The notes under the pieces are model-generated. The model was not told the DNA's origin, did not search any database, and saw nothing but the letters and a program-made list of their open reading frames with translations. Source: Reyranella sp. (GTDB lineage: Bacteria > Pseudomonadota > Alphaproteobacteria > Reyranellales > Reyranellaceae). From it: DNA of 64,000 nt. Shown here one piece after another: positions 48,603 to 58,446 of the stretch. The stretch's first letter is position 1. Every line of letters starts with the position of its first letter. The stretch is from positions 5,596-69,595 of the forward strand of contig NZ_JAFKJN010000032.1 of the NCBI RefSeq assembly GCF_017305915.1, in the 5' to 3' direction. A program made the position numbers and the translations under genes.

Positions 48603-48743
48603 GGTTTGGTCGCTGTAACGAGGGCCGATTGAGCGGTTGAGACACCCCGTTTCGCGGACCTCCGAAGGCCCATTGCGGAACGGTTGCGGAGTATAGCACG
48701 GGGGCTGGTGGCGGGAAGCAATTTCGCCCGTTTCTAGAGGCGC

Positions 48744-48758
48744 TTAAGCCCCACTTAA
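48744..48758. promoter_or_regulatory. candidate CtrA box TTAA-N7-TTAA in the dnaA-dnaN spacer
   Basis: ttaagccccacttaa is an exact match to the half-site spacing, ~145 bp upstream of the dnaN start. TTAA is rare in this GC-rich sequence. Confidence 0.4.
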
Positions 48759-48763
48759 GCCAC

Positions 48764-48790
48764 GAAAAACGGGGCCTTTCGAGCCCCGTT
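48764..48790 (-). terminator. rho-independent terminator of dnaA
   Basis: The minus strand reads ACGGGGC-tcgaaag-GCCCCGT followed by TTTTCG, 24 nt after the dnaA stop. Confidence 0.75.
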
Positions 48791-48813
48791 CGTTCGCGTC
48801 CATGCGGTGGCGT

Positions 48814-50217
<1,404 letters not shown>

Positions 50218-50285
50218 GCCAGTCCCCGCAATACTCTTCTGATTGAACGCTGCGTCGTTAGCCGACGTCGAGGATAGAGTCTTGT

Positions 50286-50747
50286 TCAAGTCTGTCTCCA
50301 TGGAAGCCCAGTAGCCTTCCACCCCGCCGCTGAACCGCGTTTCCCATGCGTATCCAGCGGACCTTCGAACCCCTCAGACACGTTGATGCACGTACTGTAT
50401 CCGGCTGCGGACATAGCTTTCGCCGCCGCAGCCGACCTCGCCCCACTCCGACACAGAAACAGCAGTGGCGTATCCTTGTCCGTGACGGCGTTCCCCAATG
50501 TCGCCACGAACTCCGGATTCTGCTGCATGCTTGGGAAGACCTGCCACTCGAGCAGCGCCGGCTTCTTGCCGATCGCTGCGAGTTCGGGCAGGCCCACGTA
50601 GTTCCACTCGGCGCGGGTGCGGCAGTCGATCAGCACCGCGTCCTTGTTCTCGCTCAGGATCTTCCAGGCGGTCGCCGGAGTCACGTCGCCGGTGTAGCCC
50701 GGGGCGGCGGAGACTTCGTACGTGCCAGTGATCCTGTTGCTCGCCAT
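50286..50747 (-). CDS. single-domain rhodanese-like sulfurtransferase
   Basis: Active-site loop FLCRSGARS. AVLIDCRTRAEW and GFEG motifs. ATG 50747 is preceded by GCGGGGG. Confidence 0.85.
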   Translation of the reverse strand: MASNRITGTYEVSAAPGYTGDVTPATAWKILSENKDAVLIDCRTRAEWNYVGLPELAAIGKKPALLEWQVFPSMQQNPEFVATLGNAVTDKDTPLLFLCRSGARSAAAAKAMSAAGYSTCINVSEGFEGPLDTHGKRGSAAGWKATGLPWRQT

Positions 50748-50871
50748 GGCCCCCGCATCTTTCATTTCGAGCCGGGGCGCAGGCTTCGAGCCTCGAGTGA
50801 GAAGTCGAGACCAAAGCACGGGCTTGAACAACGACGGCTCTTCTTTGGAGAGAGCGTGATCCCACGCGCTC

Positions 50872-51119
50872 GATTCTTCAAGTGCTCGTCGTCGTGTATG
50901 CCGGTGTGCTTGTGGTCTGGTTCTCCTTCTTCCTCGTTGCAGCGAAGAAGGAAGTCCCCCCGTCTCCGCCTTGGCTCGCGCTCAGCGCCCCACGCCCCGT
51001 CGCGATGTCGGACTCTTAGACAGACTCAGCGAGCGGCGCAAACGCTTCGGAACCGACATAGGCGCGTGATGCACGTTGTTCCCCGCGCGATTCATTTGAC
51101 AACCCCGCCGATTCGATTC
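50872..51119. promoter_or_regulatory. cluster of six GANTC (CcrM-type methylation) sites upstream of the rhodanese-dnaA unit
   Basis: GANTC at 50872, 51011, 51023, 51089, 51110 and 51115, all within 250 bp of non-coding DNA. Confidence 0.4.
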
Positions 51120-51289
51120 GCGTCGCGCTGACGTCGCTTCGAAGATCAAGGACGCGCCTCAACATCTTGCGCTCGCCTTGCTCGGCCGTTCGATGGGGGC
51201 GAATTGCATCTTTTTTGCCGACTTCGATCCCAAGTCCTGATTGCGTCCGAACCGTAAAAAAGTTCTCAAAAAAATTTCCGCGCGTATCT

Positions 51290-51324
51290 CAAAAACGAAA
51301 ACGCCGCTCGGTGGGAGCGGCGTT
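51290..51324 (-). terminator. rho-independent terminator of rpsT
   Basis: The minus strand reads ACGCCGCTC-ccacc-GAGCGGCGT followed by TTTCGTTTTT, ~25 nt after the rpsT stop. Confidence 0.85.
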
Positions 51325-51349
51325 CATCTTCAGTGCAGGGCGGGTTGCC

Positions 51350-51613
51350 TCACGCCATCGCCTTGATGCGCGCATTGAGTCGCGACATGCGACGCGATGC
51401 GGCGTTCTTGGCGACGACCCGCGCGGCAGCGCCGCGCTGGATCTCCGGCTGCGCCGCCTTCAGCGCATCCGCCGCCTTCTTCTTGTCGCCGGCCTTGATT
51501 GCGTCCTCGACCTTCTTGATCGAGGTGCGCACGCGGCTGCGGCGCGCCGAATTCGCGGCGGTGCGGCGCTCGGTCTGGCGGGCGCGCTTCTCGGCCGACT
51601 TGTGATTAGCCAT
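51350..51613 (-). CDS. rpsT: 30S ribosomal protein S20
   Basis: MANHKSAEKRARQTERRTAANSARRSRVRTSIKKV... is canonical S20. 87 aa. Confidence 0.97.
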   Translation of the reverse strand: MANHKSAEKRARQTERRTAANSARRSRVRTSIKKVEDAIKAGDKKKAADALKAAQPEIQRGAAARVVAKNAASRRMSRLNARIKAMA

Positions 51614-51688
51614 TGAATCCTCTTCCTCGGAAGGCGGCGCTTATACGAGGCGACCGGGGACCGGTCAACCCCACGGAATCGGCGCGAT

Positions 51689-52465
51689 TCAACGGTGTTT
51701 CCAGGTTGCTTTGCGCTTCCCGGCGAACGCGTTCATGCCCTCGCTGCGGTCGTCGAAGGCGAAGGTGGCGTGGAAGGTGCGTCGCTCGAAGCGCACGCCC
51801 TCGGCCAGGGTGGTCTCGAAGGCGCGGTTGACCGCCTCCTTGGCGACCATCGTCGCGGGCAGCGACATGCCGGCAATTTTTTCTGCCGTTGCAAGGGCTT
51901 CGTCCATCAGCTGGACGAGCGGCACGACGCGGCTCACCAGGCCGCAGCGCTCGGCTTCGGCGGCGTCCATCATGCGGCCGGTCAGGATCATGTCCATCGC
52001 CTTGGACTTGCCGACGAAGCGCGGCAGGCGCTGCGTGCCGCCGGCGCCCGGGATCGTACCGAGCGTGATCTCGGGTTGACCGAACCTCGCATTGTCGGCG
52101 GCGATGATGAAGTCGCACATCATCGCCATCTCGCAGCCGCCGCCCAGCGCATAGCCTGCGACCGCGGCGACGATCGGCTTGCGGATCTGGCTGACCCGCT
52201 CCCAGCCGACGGTGATGAAGTCCTGCAGGAAGACATCCTGGTAGGACTTGTCCTTCATCTCCTTGATGTCGGCGCCGGCGGCGAAGGCCTTGTCGCTGCC
52301 GGTCAGCACCAGGCAGCCGATGGCCGGGTCTGTTTCGTATGTATCCAGCGCCTGGCCGAGCTCGCGTACCAGGTCGGCGCACAGCGCATTCAGCGCCTTG
52401 GGCCGGTTCAATCGGACGATGCCGACGCGGCCCCTGGTCTCGGTCGTGATGTTCTCGTAAGCCAC
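51689..52465 (-). CDS. enoyl-CoA hydratase (crotonase family)
   Basis: VGIVRLNRPKALNAL, GSDKAFAAGADIKEM, AAVAGYALGGGCEMAMMCD. GTG start preceded by AGGAGGG. Confidence 0.93.
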   Translation of the reverse strand: MAYENITTETRGRVGIVRLNRPKALNALCADLVRELGQALDTYETDPAIGCLVLTGSDKAFAAGADIKEMKDKSYQDVFLQDFITVGWERVSQIRKPIVAAVAGYALGGGCEMAMMCDFIIAADNARFGQPEITLGTIPGAGGTQRLPRFVGKSKAMDMILTGRMMDAAEAERCGLVSRVVPLVQLMDEALATAEKIAGMSLPATMVAKEAVNRAFETTLAEGVRFERRTFHATFAFDDRSEGMNAFAGKRKATWKHR

Positions 52466-52504
52466 TCTATCCCTCCTGTTGGCCTCCCCGCCGGGCCTTG
52501 CAGA

Positions 52505-53344
52505 CTAACGCTGGCAGTGGGCGCAATAAAAGGTCGAGCGGCCGGCCTGCACCAGCCGCTTGACGAGGTGGCCGCACTGCTTGGTTTGGCAGGGCGCGCC
52601 GGCGCGGTCGTAGACCTTGAAGCGGGTCTGGAAATAGCCGAGCTCGCCGCCCGGCTGGACGTGATCGCGCAAGGTCGAGCCGCCGTCGTCGATCGAGCGC
52701 AGCAGCACCTGCTTGATCGCCGCGACCAAGCGCTCGGCGCGATCGCCCTGCACCGTATGGGCAGAGCGCCGCGGCGAGAGGCCCGACAGGTAGAGCGCCT
52801 CGCAGGCATAGATGTTGCCGACGCCGACCAGCGTCTTCTGGTCGAGCAGGGCCGCCTTGATCGGCGTCTTGCGGCCCTTGAGCCGCGCCGCCAGCACTGC
52901 GCCGTCGAAGGCATCGGCCAGCGGCTCGGGACCCAGCCCCTTGAAGGCCTTGTGCTTCTCGACACCCTCGGTCGGCACCAGCAGCATCAGGCCGAAGCGG
53001 CGTGCGTCGTTGAAACGAACCTGCCAGCCATCGTCCATATCGAAAACCACATGATCGTGGCGCTCGAAGGGATGCTCGGCGGCGCTTTTGGCATCGTGCA
53101 GCGTCATGCGGCCCGACATGCCGAGATGGATGATCAGGGTCTGGCCATCGTCGAGGCGCAGCAGCAGGTATTTCGCCCGCCGGTCAATTGCGGTGACGGT
53201 GCGGCCTTCGACCTTGGCGGCGAAGCGCGCCGGCAGCTTCACGCGCAGGTCCTTGCGGCGCTGGATCAGGCCGGCGATACGATGGCCGACCATGCGCGGG
53301 ACGAGGCCGCGCCGGACGGTTTCGACTTCGGGCAGCTCGGGCAT
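52505..53344 (-). CDS. mutM: formamidopyrimidine-DNA glycosylase
   Basis: N-terminal MPELPEVETVRRGL. H2TH region GVGNIYACEALY. C-terminal zinc finger CQTKQCGHLVKRLVQAGRSTFYCAHCQ. Confidence 0.96.
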   Translation of the reverse strand: MPELPEVETVRRGLVPRMVGHRIAGLIQRRKDLRVKLPARFAAKVEGRTVTAIDRRAKYLLLRLDDGQTLIIHLGMSGRMTLHDAKSAAEHPFERHDHVVFDMDDGWQVRFNDARRFGLMLLVPTEGVEKHKAFKGLGPEPLADAFDGAVLAARLKGRKTPIKAALLDQKTLVGVGNIYACEALYLSGLSPRRSAHTVQGDRAERLVAAIKQVLLRSIDDGGSTLRDHVQPGGELGYFQTRFKVYDRAGAPCQTKQCGHLVKRLVQAGRSTFYCAHCQR

Positions 53345-53349
53345 CGGGG

Positions 53350-54015
53350 CTAGTGGCGCGCTCCGAACAGCGCACTGCCGACGCGGACATGGGTGGCGCC
53401 CAACCGCACCGCCGTCTCGTAGTCGGCGCTCATGCCCATGCTGATCCGGTCGAGGCCGTTGCGCTTGGCCATCTTGGCCAGCAGGGCGAAGTGCAGCGCC
53501 GCCTCTTCCTCCACGGGCGGGATGCACATCAGGCCGACCACCGGCAGCTTGTGCACGTCGCGGCAGGACGCGACGAAGGCGTCGACGTCGGCCGGCAGGA
53601 TACCGGCCTTCTGCGCCTCCTCGCCGGTATTGACCTGGATGAAGCAGGCCGGCCGCTTCCCGGCGCGTTCCATCTCCTTGGCGAGGGCCGCGGCCAGGCG
53701 CTCGCGGTCGACCGACTGTATGACATCGAACAAGGCCACGGCGTCGCGCGCCTTGTTGGTCTGCAACGGCCCGATCAGGTGCAATTCGAGGTCGGGATAG
53801 TCCGCCTTCAGCGCCGGGAATTTATCCTGCGCCTCCTGCACCCGGTTCTCGCCGAAGATGCGATGGCCGACCTCGAGCAGCTCGCGCACCCGCTCGGGCC
53901 CATGGGTCTTGGAGACGGCGACCAGGGTGACATCGCCGGGCCGCCGGCCGGCAGCCTTGGCCGCCTCGGCGATGCGGCCCTGGACCTCGGCCAGATGCTC
54001 GGCGCCGGCGCTCAC
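53350..54015 (-). CDS. yggS: YggS family pyridoxal-phosphate homeostasis protein
   Basis: VTLVAVSKTH (PLP lysine), FGENRVQEA, HLIGPLQTNK, MGMSADYE, VRVGSALFG. GTG 54015 overlaps the TPR gene stop (GTGA). Confidence 0.9.
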   Translation of the reverse strand: MSAGAEHLAEVQGRIAEAAKAAGRRPGDVTLVAVSKTHGPERVRELLEVGHRIFGENRVQEAQDKFPALKADYPDLELHLIGPLQTNKARDAVALFDVIQSVDRERLAAALAKEMERAGKRPACFIQVNTGEEAQKAGILPADVDAFVASCRDVHKLPVVGLMCIPPVEEEAALHFALLAKMAKRNGLDRISMGMSADYETAVRLGATHVRVGSALFGARH

Positions 54016-55352
54016 GCGTCGAGGCTCGCGCGGGCGACTAGCGCCTCGTCGTTGCCGGGATCGGCAGCCAGCGCGTTGTCCAGGGTCTCGCGGGCGCGGT
54101 CCTTCTCGCCGAGCGCGGCGAGGCAGATGCCGTAGTTGGCGAGCAGGCGGGCGTCGTTGGGCGCGCCGCGCAACGCCTGCTCGTGCAGCGGCCTGGCCTC
54201 GGCGGCTCGGCCGAGATCGACCAGCACCGCGCCGAAGTTGGTCAGGATCAGCGGATCGTCGGCCGCATGCTTGCGGGCCCGCTTGAACGAGCGGCGCGCC
54301 TCGTCGAGGCGCTTGAGGCCGCGGAACGCCAGGCCCTGATTGTTGAGCGCCCGGGCATCGTCGGGCGCCGCCTTGAGATAGGGCTCGAGCGTCAGCAGCG
54401 CCGTCTCGTAGCGCTTGCCGTCGAGATGCAGGAAGGAGAGCTGCAGCACGGCATCGCGGTCGAACGGGTTCTGGGCGAGCACCCGCCGCAGCACGCCCTG
54501 CGCCTCGTCGCCCTTGCCCGCGGCCGACTGGGCGAGCGCGAGGGTACGCAGCGCCGGCGTGAAATGGGGATCGAGCTCGAGCGCCTTCTCGACGTGCGCG
54601 ATCGCTTCCGTCACCTTGCCGGCGAAATAAAGGACGAAGCCCAGCGCGTGGTTGAGCACGGCGCTCTGCGGCACCAGCGCCACCGCCTGCCCGGCTTCGG
54701 CGATCGCGTCGTCGTGGCGGCCGAGGCCGCCCAGCGCCAGCGCGCGGTCGGCCATGATCTGGGCGCGGCGCGGCGCCTCCTCGCCGGCATCCTGCATCGC
54801 CTGATCGAGGATCTGCACCGCCTGCTCGAAATGGCCGAGGCGATAGAAGACATGGCCCAGCATGTTGCGGGCGCGGGCCTGGATGGAGCGCAGCTGCGCG
54901 CCGTCGGGATGCTCCAGCGCGCGATCGAGGTTGGCGACGACCTCGGAGAGCTCGCGCTCGGCGGCGGTGAACTTGTGCTGGTCGATATGGATGCCGGCCA
55001 GCGCCAGACGCGCCTCGATGTGGGTCGGCGCGCGGCGAACGGTGTCGCGGAAGCGCTTGGCCGCCTCGTCGAGCTTGCCCTGGCGGCGCGCGATCAGGCC
55101 GAGATTGTAGGACAGCATCGGCTCGTTGGGGTCCTTGGCGATCGCCTTGCGCCACAGGACCTCGGCCTCGCCGAGCGCGCCGCGCTGCGACAGGCAGACG
55201 GCGAGATAATGCAGGATCGCCGGCTGGTCGCCGTGGCGGGCATGGGCGGCGCGCAGATGCGGCTCGGCGCGATCGAACCAGTTGGCGCGCAGATATTGCA
55301 GGCCGGCCTGCAGGTCGGGATCGGGCTGGACGTGCTGAGGAGCGGTCGCCAT
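54012..55352 (-). CDS. tetratricopeptide repeat protein
   Basis: About 10 tandem 34-aa TPR units (e.g. AEVLWRKAIAKDPNEPMLSYNLGLIARRQGKLDEA). 446 aa. No signal peptide. Confidence 0.85.
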   Translation of the reverse strand: MATAPQHVQPDPDLQAGLQYLRANWFDRAEPHLRAAHARHGDQPAILHYLAVCLSQRGALGEAEVLWRKAIAKDPNEPMLSYNLGLIARRQGKLDEAAKRFRDTVRRAPTHIEARLALAGIHIDQHKFTAAERELSEVVANLDRALEHPDGAQLRSIQARARNMLGHVFYRLGHFEQAVQILDQAMQDAGEEAPRRAQIMADRALALGGLGRHDDAIAEAGQAVALVPQSAVLNHALGFVLYFAGKVTEAIAHVEKALELDPHFTPALRTLALAQSAAGKGDEAQGVLRRVLAQNPFDRDAVLQLSFLHLDGKRYETALLTLEPYLKAAPDDARALNNQGLAFRGLKRLDEARRSFKRARKHAADDPLILTNFGAVLVDLGRAAEARPLHEQALRGAPNDARLLANYGICLAALGEKDRARETLDNALAADPGNDEALVARASLDA

Positions 55353-55398
55353 GGCCGGCTGTGTAGACCCGGGATGGGGCCAAGGCTACATCAAACGG

Positions 55399-55971
55399 AT
55401 GGCCAAGGACGTCGAGCTGTTCCGGGCGGCAATGGCGGATGTGAAGCCGCTCAAGGGCCGCAAACGTCCGGCCAAAAAGCCTGTCACCCCGAGGCCGAAG
55501 GAGGCTGTCATCCCGAGGCCGAAGGCCGAGGGATCTTTGCCGGTCCGGGAAAGATCCCTCGCTGCGCTCGGGATGACAAAGTCGCCGGCGCTGCAGTCGT
55601 TCGATCGCGAGGTCGATCGCTCGCTGTCGAAGGGCAAGCGCAGGCCCGAGGCCAAGCTCGACCTGCACGGCATGACTCTCGTCGCGGCCGAACGCGCCGT
55701 GAGCGCGTTCATCGCCGACTCGTCGGCGCAGAATCGCCGCGTCGTATTGATCGTCACCGGCAAGGGCACACGCCTCGACAGCGGCCGCATGTTCGGCGGC
55801 CGCATCCGGGCGGAGTTTCCGGGCTGGCTCGAGCGGCCGGAGAACCGGGTGCGGGTGGCGGGCGTGCGGGCTGCCCATCCGCGCCACGGCGGCGGCGGCG
55901 CCTTCTACGTGCTGCTGCGCCGGCGCTCTTCGGCGAGCAGCCGCTCCTTGCGCGCCACGCCCCAGCGATAG
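55399..55971 (+). CDS. Smr/MutS2-type small nuclease domain protein (SmrB-like)
   Basis: N-terminal DVELFRAAMADVKPL and C-terminal Smr domain (LDLHGMTLVAAERAVSAFI...VLIVTGKG...GGGGAFYVLLRR). The middle linker is encoded by a palindromic repeat (see findings). Confidence 0.85.
   Translation: MAKDVELFRAAMADVKPLKGRKRPAKKPVTPRPKEAVIPRPKAEGSLPVRERSLAALGMTKSPALQSFDREVDRSLSKGKRRPEAKLDLHGMTLVAAERAVSAFIADSSAQNRRVVLIVTGKGTRLDSGRMFGGRIRAEFPGWLERPENRVRVAGVRAAHPRHGGGGAFYVLLRRRSSASSRSLRATPQR
55482..55578. repeat. family B palindromic repeat (with 24-bp duplicated left arm) lying in frame inside the Smr gene
   Basis: tgtcaccccgaggccgaagg (55482) is duplicated as tgtcatcccgaggccgaagg (55506). Inner palindrome gagggatcttt..aaagatccctc. 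Right arm ctcgggatgaca (55567-55578). Confidence 0.85.
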
Positions 55972-57047
55972 CCGGTCAGCGCGCCGGTCGAGCCGACGGC
56001 GCGGTGGCAGGGGATGACGCCGGCCGCCTGGTTGGTGGCGCAAGCGCGTCCGACGGCGCGGGCCGAGCCGGGCGCGCCGATGCGCTTGGCAATCTCGCCG
56101 TAGGTCCGGGTCTCGCCCGGCGGGATCTCGGTCAGCGCTTTCCACACCTTCCACTGGAAGGCGGTGCCGACGATGTCGAGCGGCACGTCGGGCGCATCGA
56201 GCGCGGTCGGCTTGCGGCCGTACAGCCGCGCCAGCACGCCTTTTACGCGCGGCGCCAGCACCTGGTCGTTGCGCTCGATCTCGGCTGCCGGAAAGTCGTG
56301 CTTGAGATCGCGCTCGAGCGTGCGGTCGCTGTCGCCGAGGAACACCGCGGCGATGCCCTTCTGCGTCGCTGCGACCAGTACGCGGCCGTAGTCGGACTCG
56401 ACCGTGGTGTAGTCGATGTGCGCGCCGGCGCCGCCCTTGGCGTAGGTGGCGGGTGTCATGCCGAGCGCCTTGTCGCTCGATTCGTAGACGCGGCTCGGCG
56501 AGCCGTAGCCCGCGCCGTACAGCGCCTCGCTCACCTTCTCGCCGTTGCGCAACGCCTTGCGGAAGCGCTCGCGCTTCCTGGCGATCAGCCAGTCGCGCGG
56601 CGTCACGCCGAGCTCCGATACGAATCGCTTGCTGAGGGTGTTGGCGGTGATGCCGACCAGCCGTGCCACCTCGGCGAGCGACGGCGGCGTATCGACGTCG
56701 GCGGCATCGAACAGCGCGCAGGCGCGCGCCACCGGGCGGCTGAGCCCGAGCTCAGCTTGCCAGTCGCGCGGCTTGCAGCGCTTGCAGGGGCGGAAGCCGG
56801 CCGCTTCGGCCGCTTCCGGCGAGGGGTGGAAGGCCACGTTCTTGCGCAGCGGCGGCCGTGCCGCGCAGGACGGCAGGCAATAGACCCCGGTCGACTGGAC
56901 TGAGAACCAGAACCGGCCGTTGTAGGCCCGGTCGCGACGCTGGACCGCGGCCCAGCAGGAATCCGGGTCGGGGAGCATGCCAGGGAGGGAGGGGCTGGCG
57001 AGCGCCATGGTGGGGGGAGAAAGAGAGATTTCGGTCATGGACGCCAT
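55905..57047 (-). CDS. ada: bifunctional Ada: methylphosphotriester-DNA methyltransferase/AraC regulator + O6-methylguanine-DNA methyltransferase
   Basis: Ada zinc cluster (YCLPSCAARPP...FRPCKRCKP), AraC-type HTH, C-terminal MGMT active site IPCHRAV. Confidence 0.9.
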   Translation of the reverse strand: MASMTEISLSPPTMALASPSLPGMLPDPDSCWAAVQRRDRAYNGRFWFSVQSTGVYCLPSCAARPPLRKNVAFHPSPEAAEAAGFRPCKRCKPRDWQAELGLSRPVARACALFDAADVDTPPSLAEVARLVGITANTLSKRFVSELGVTPRDWLIARKRERFRKALRNGEKVSEALYGAGYGSPSRVYESSDKALGMTPATYAKGGAGAHIDYTTVESDYGRVLVAATQKGIAAVFLGDSDRTLERDLKHDFPAAEIERNDQVLAPRVKGVLARLYGRKPTALDAPDVPLDIVGTAFQWKVWKALTEIPPGETRTYGEIAKRIGAPGSARAVGRACATNQAAGVIPCHRAVGSTGALTGYRWGVARKERLLAEERRRSST

Positions 57048-57125
57048 ATAGACGTCCCGACCAACCTGCTCTATCCGGCGCCCGCCGGCAATTCCCCCGA
57101 CCCGGAAACCTATTCGTGGATGGCC

Positions 57126-57365
57126 TTAGGCCCAGAAGCCCTTGGTGGACTCGTACCGGGCGGTGCCGCGATCGATCCCGATGTCGCGCAGCAGGCGGTC
57201 ATCGAGCTCGGCCAGTTGGCGTCGGGATTTGCGGATCTCCGCACGATTGATCAGGGTCTCCACGCCGACCGCAACCGACCCGGCGAGCAGCGCAATGGCC
57301 CGGCCGAGGGTGAAAGAGGGGGTAGCCGTGCGGGCGATTTCCCGCACGCCAGACAGGGTCGACAT
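57126..57365 (-). CDS. DUF1127 domain small protein
   Basis: C-terminal signature RRQLAELDDRLLRDIGIDR typical of DUF1127. 79 aa. Confidence 0.8.
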   Translation of the reverse strand: MSTLSGVREIARTATPSFTLGRAIALLAGSVAVGVETLINRAEIRKSRRQLAELDDRLLRDIGIDRGTARYESTKGFWA

Positions 57366-57506
57366 GACTTAGCTCCGTTTGAGGCGGTGGCGGCGGAACT
57401 GCCGCGCTGACCTCGTGTATATGCCTTATTTGATGTATGATCCGCATTAGCGCAAAGGATGAAAGCTCTTGGGAAGGGCTAAAAAAACTATGAACTGGTC
57501 GTCCAG

Positions 57507-58424
57507 ATGAGTCGCTCTCAATTGCCGCTGAATGCGCTCCGCGCCTTCGAGGCCGCCGCCCGTCACGCTAGTTTCACTCATGCCGCCGAGGAGCTGCACG
57601 TCACCCAGGCGGCGGTCAGCCACCAGGTCAAGGCGCTCGAGGAAAGGCTGGGCGTGGCGCTGTTCGTGCGCCGGCCGCGCGGGCTCGAGATCACCGGCGA
57701 GGGCCAGGCGCTGCTGCCCGACCTGCGCGACGCCTTCGACCGCATGACCAACGCCTTGGAACGGGTCGGCCGCAAGGCCAACTCGGGGACCTTGAACGTC
57801 AGCCTGGTGACGACCTTCGCGCTGGGCTGGCTGGCGCCGCGGCTGCACCGCTTCCAGGCCAAGCATCCGGAGATCGAGGTGCGCATGACGACGGCGCTGC
57901 GCCATGTCGACTTCGCGCGCGAGGATTTCGACTGCGCGATTCGCTTTGCGGTGCAGCCTGATCCGGACCTGCATGCGACGCGCCTGTTCAGCGACGTGCT
58001 GACCCCGCTCTGCGGCAAGCGCTACAAGGACAAGCTGAAATCGCTCGATGACCTGAAGCGCGTGCCGTTCATCGACATGACCTACGATCCCGAATGGTCG
58101 ATCTGGCTGCGCGCGGTCGGCCTGGGCGACTTCAAGCCCAAGCGGGTCCTGACCTTCGATTCGACGATGATCGCCGTCGAGGCGGCGATGGAGGGCGCGG
58201 GCGTCGCGGTCGGGCCGCCGCAGCTGTTCCGCGAGGAGCTGGCCGAGGGCCGGCTGTTCCAGCCGTTCCCGCAGATCGTCGATTCGGGCAAGGCGTGGTG
58301 GTTCGTCTGCCCACCGTCGTCGGCGACCCGGCCCAAGACCAAGGCGTTCGAGGAATGGCTGGTCGAGGAGCTCAGCCAACCGCCGGTGCGGGCCACCCGA
58401 CCGATTATGGCAGCGCGCCGTTGA
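57507..58424 (+). CDS. LysR family transcriptional regulator (GcvA/AmpR-like)
   Basis: LPLNALRAFEAAARHASFTHAAEELHVTQAAVSHQVKALEERLG wHTH, plus a LysR substrate-binding domain. Confidence 0.93.
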   Translation: MSRSQLPLNALRAFEAAARHASFTHAAEELHVTQAAVSHQVKALEERLGVALFVRRPRGLEITGEGQALLPDLRDAFDRMTNALERVGRKANSGTLNVSLVTTFALGWLAPRLHRFQAKHPEIEVRMTTALRHVDFAREDFDCAIRFAVQPDPDLHATRLFSDVLTPLCGKRYKDKLKSLDDLKRVPFIDMTYDPEWSIWLRAVGLGDFKPKRVLTFDSTMIAVEAAMEGAGVAVGPPQLFREELAEGRLFQPFPQIVDSGKAWWFVCPPSSATRPKTKAFEEWLVEELSQPPVRATRPIMAARR

Positions 58425-58446
58425 CCCCGACAAAAGCTAATGCTGA

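Noticed and set aside
48603-48813. Calling oriC in the dnaA-dnaN spacer or in the rpsT-dnaA leader (50748-51349).
   Set aside because: I could not find a cluster of TTATCCACA/TGATCCACA-type boxes or an AT-rich unwinding element by eye. Alphaproteobacterial origins are usually next to hemE rather than dnaA. Only a CtrA-like box and GANTC sites are supportable.
53350-56154. 934-aa minus-strand ORF and the overlapping 906-aa plus-strand ORF (54183..56903).
   Set aside because: Only the last 221 codons of the minus ORF (YggS, from GTG 54015) look like protein. The rest is out of frame or antisense to the TPR, Smr and ada genes, which have clear motifs.
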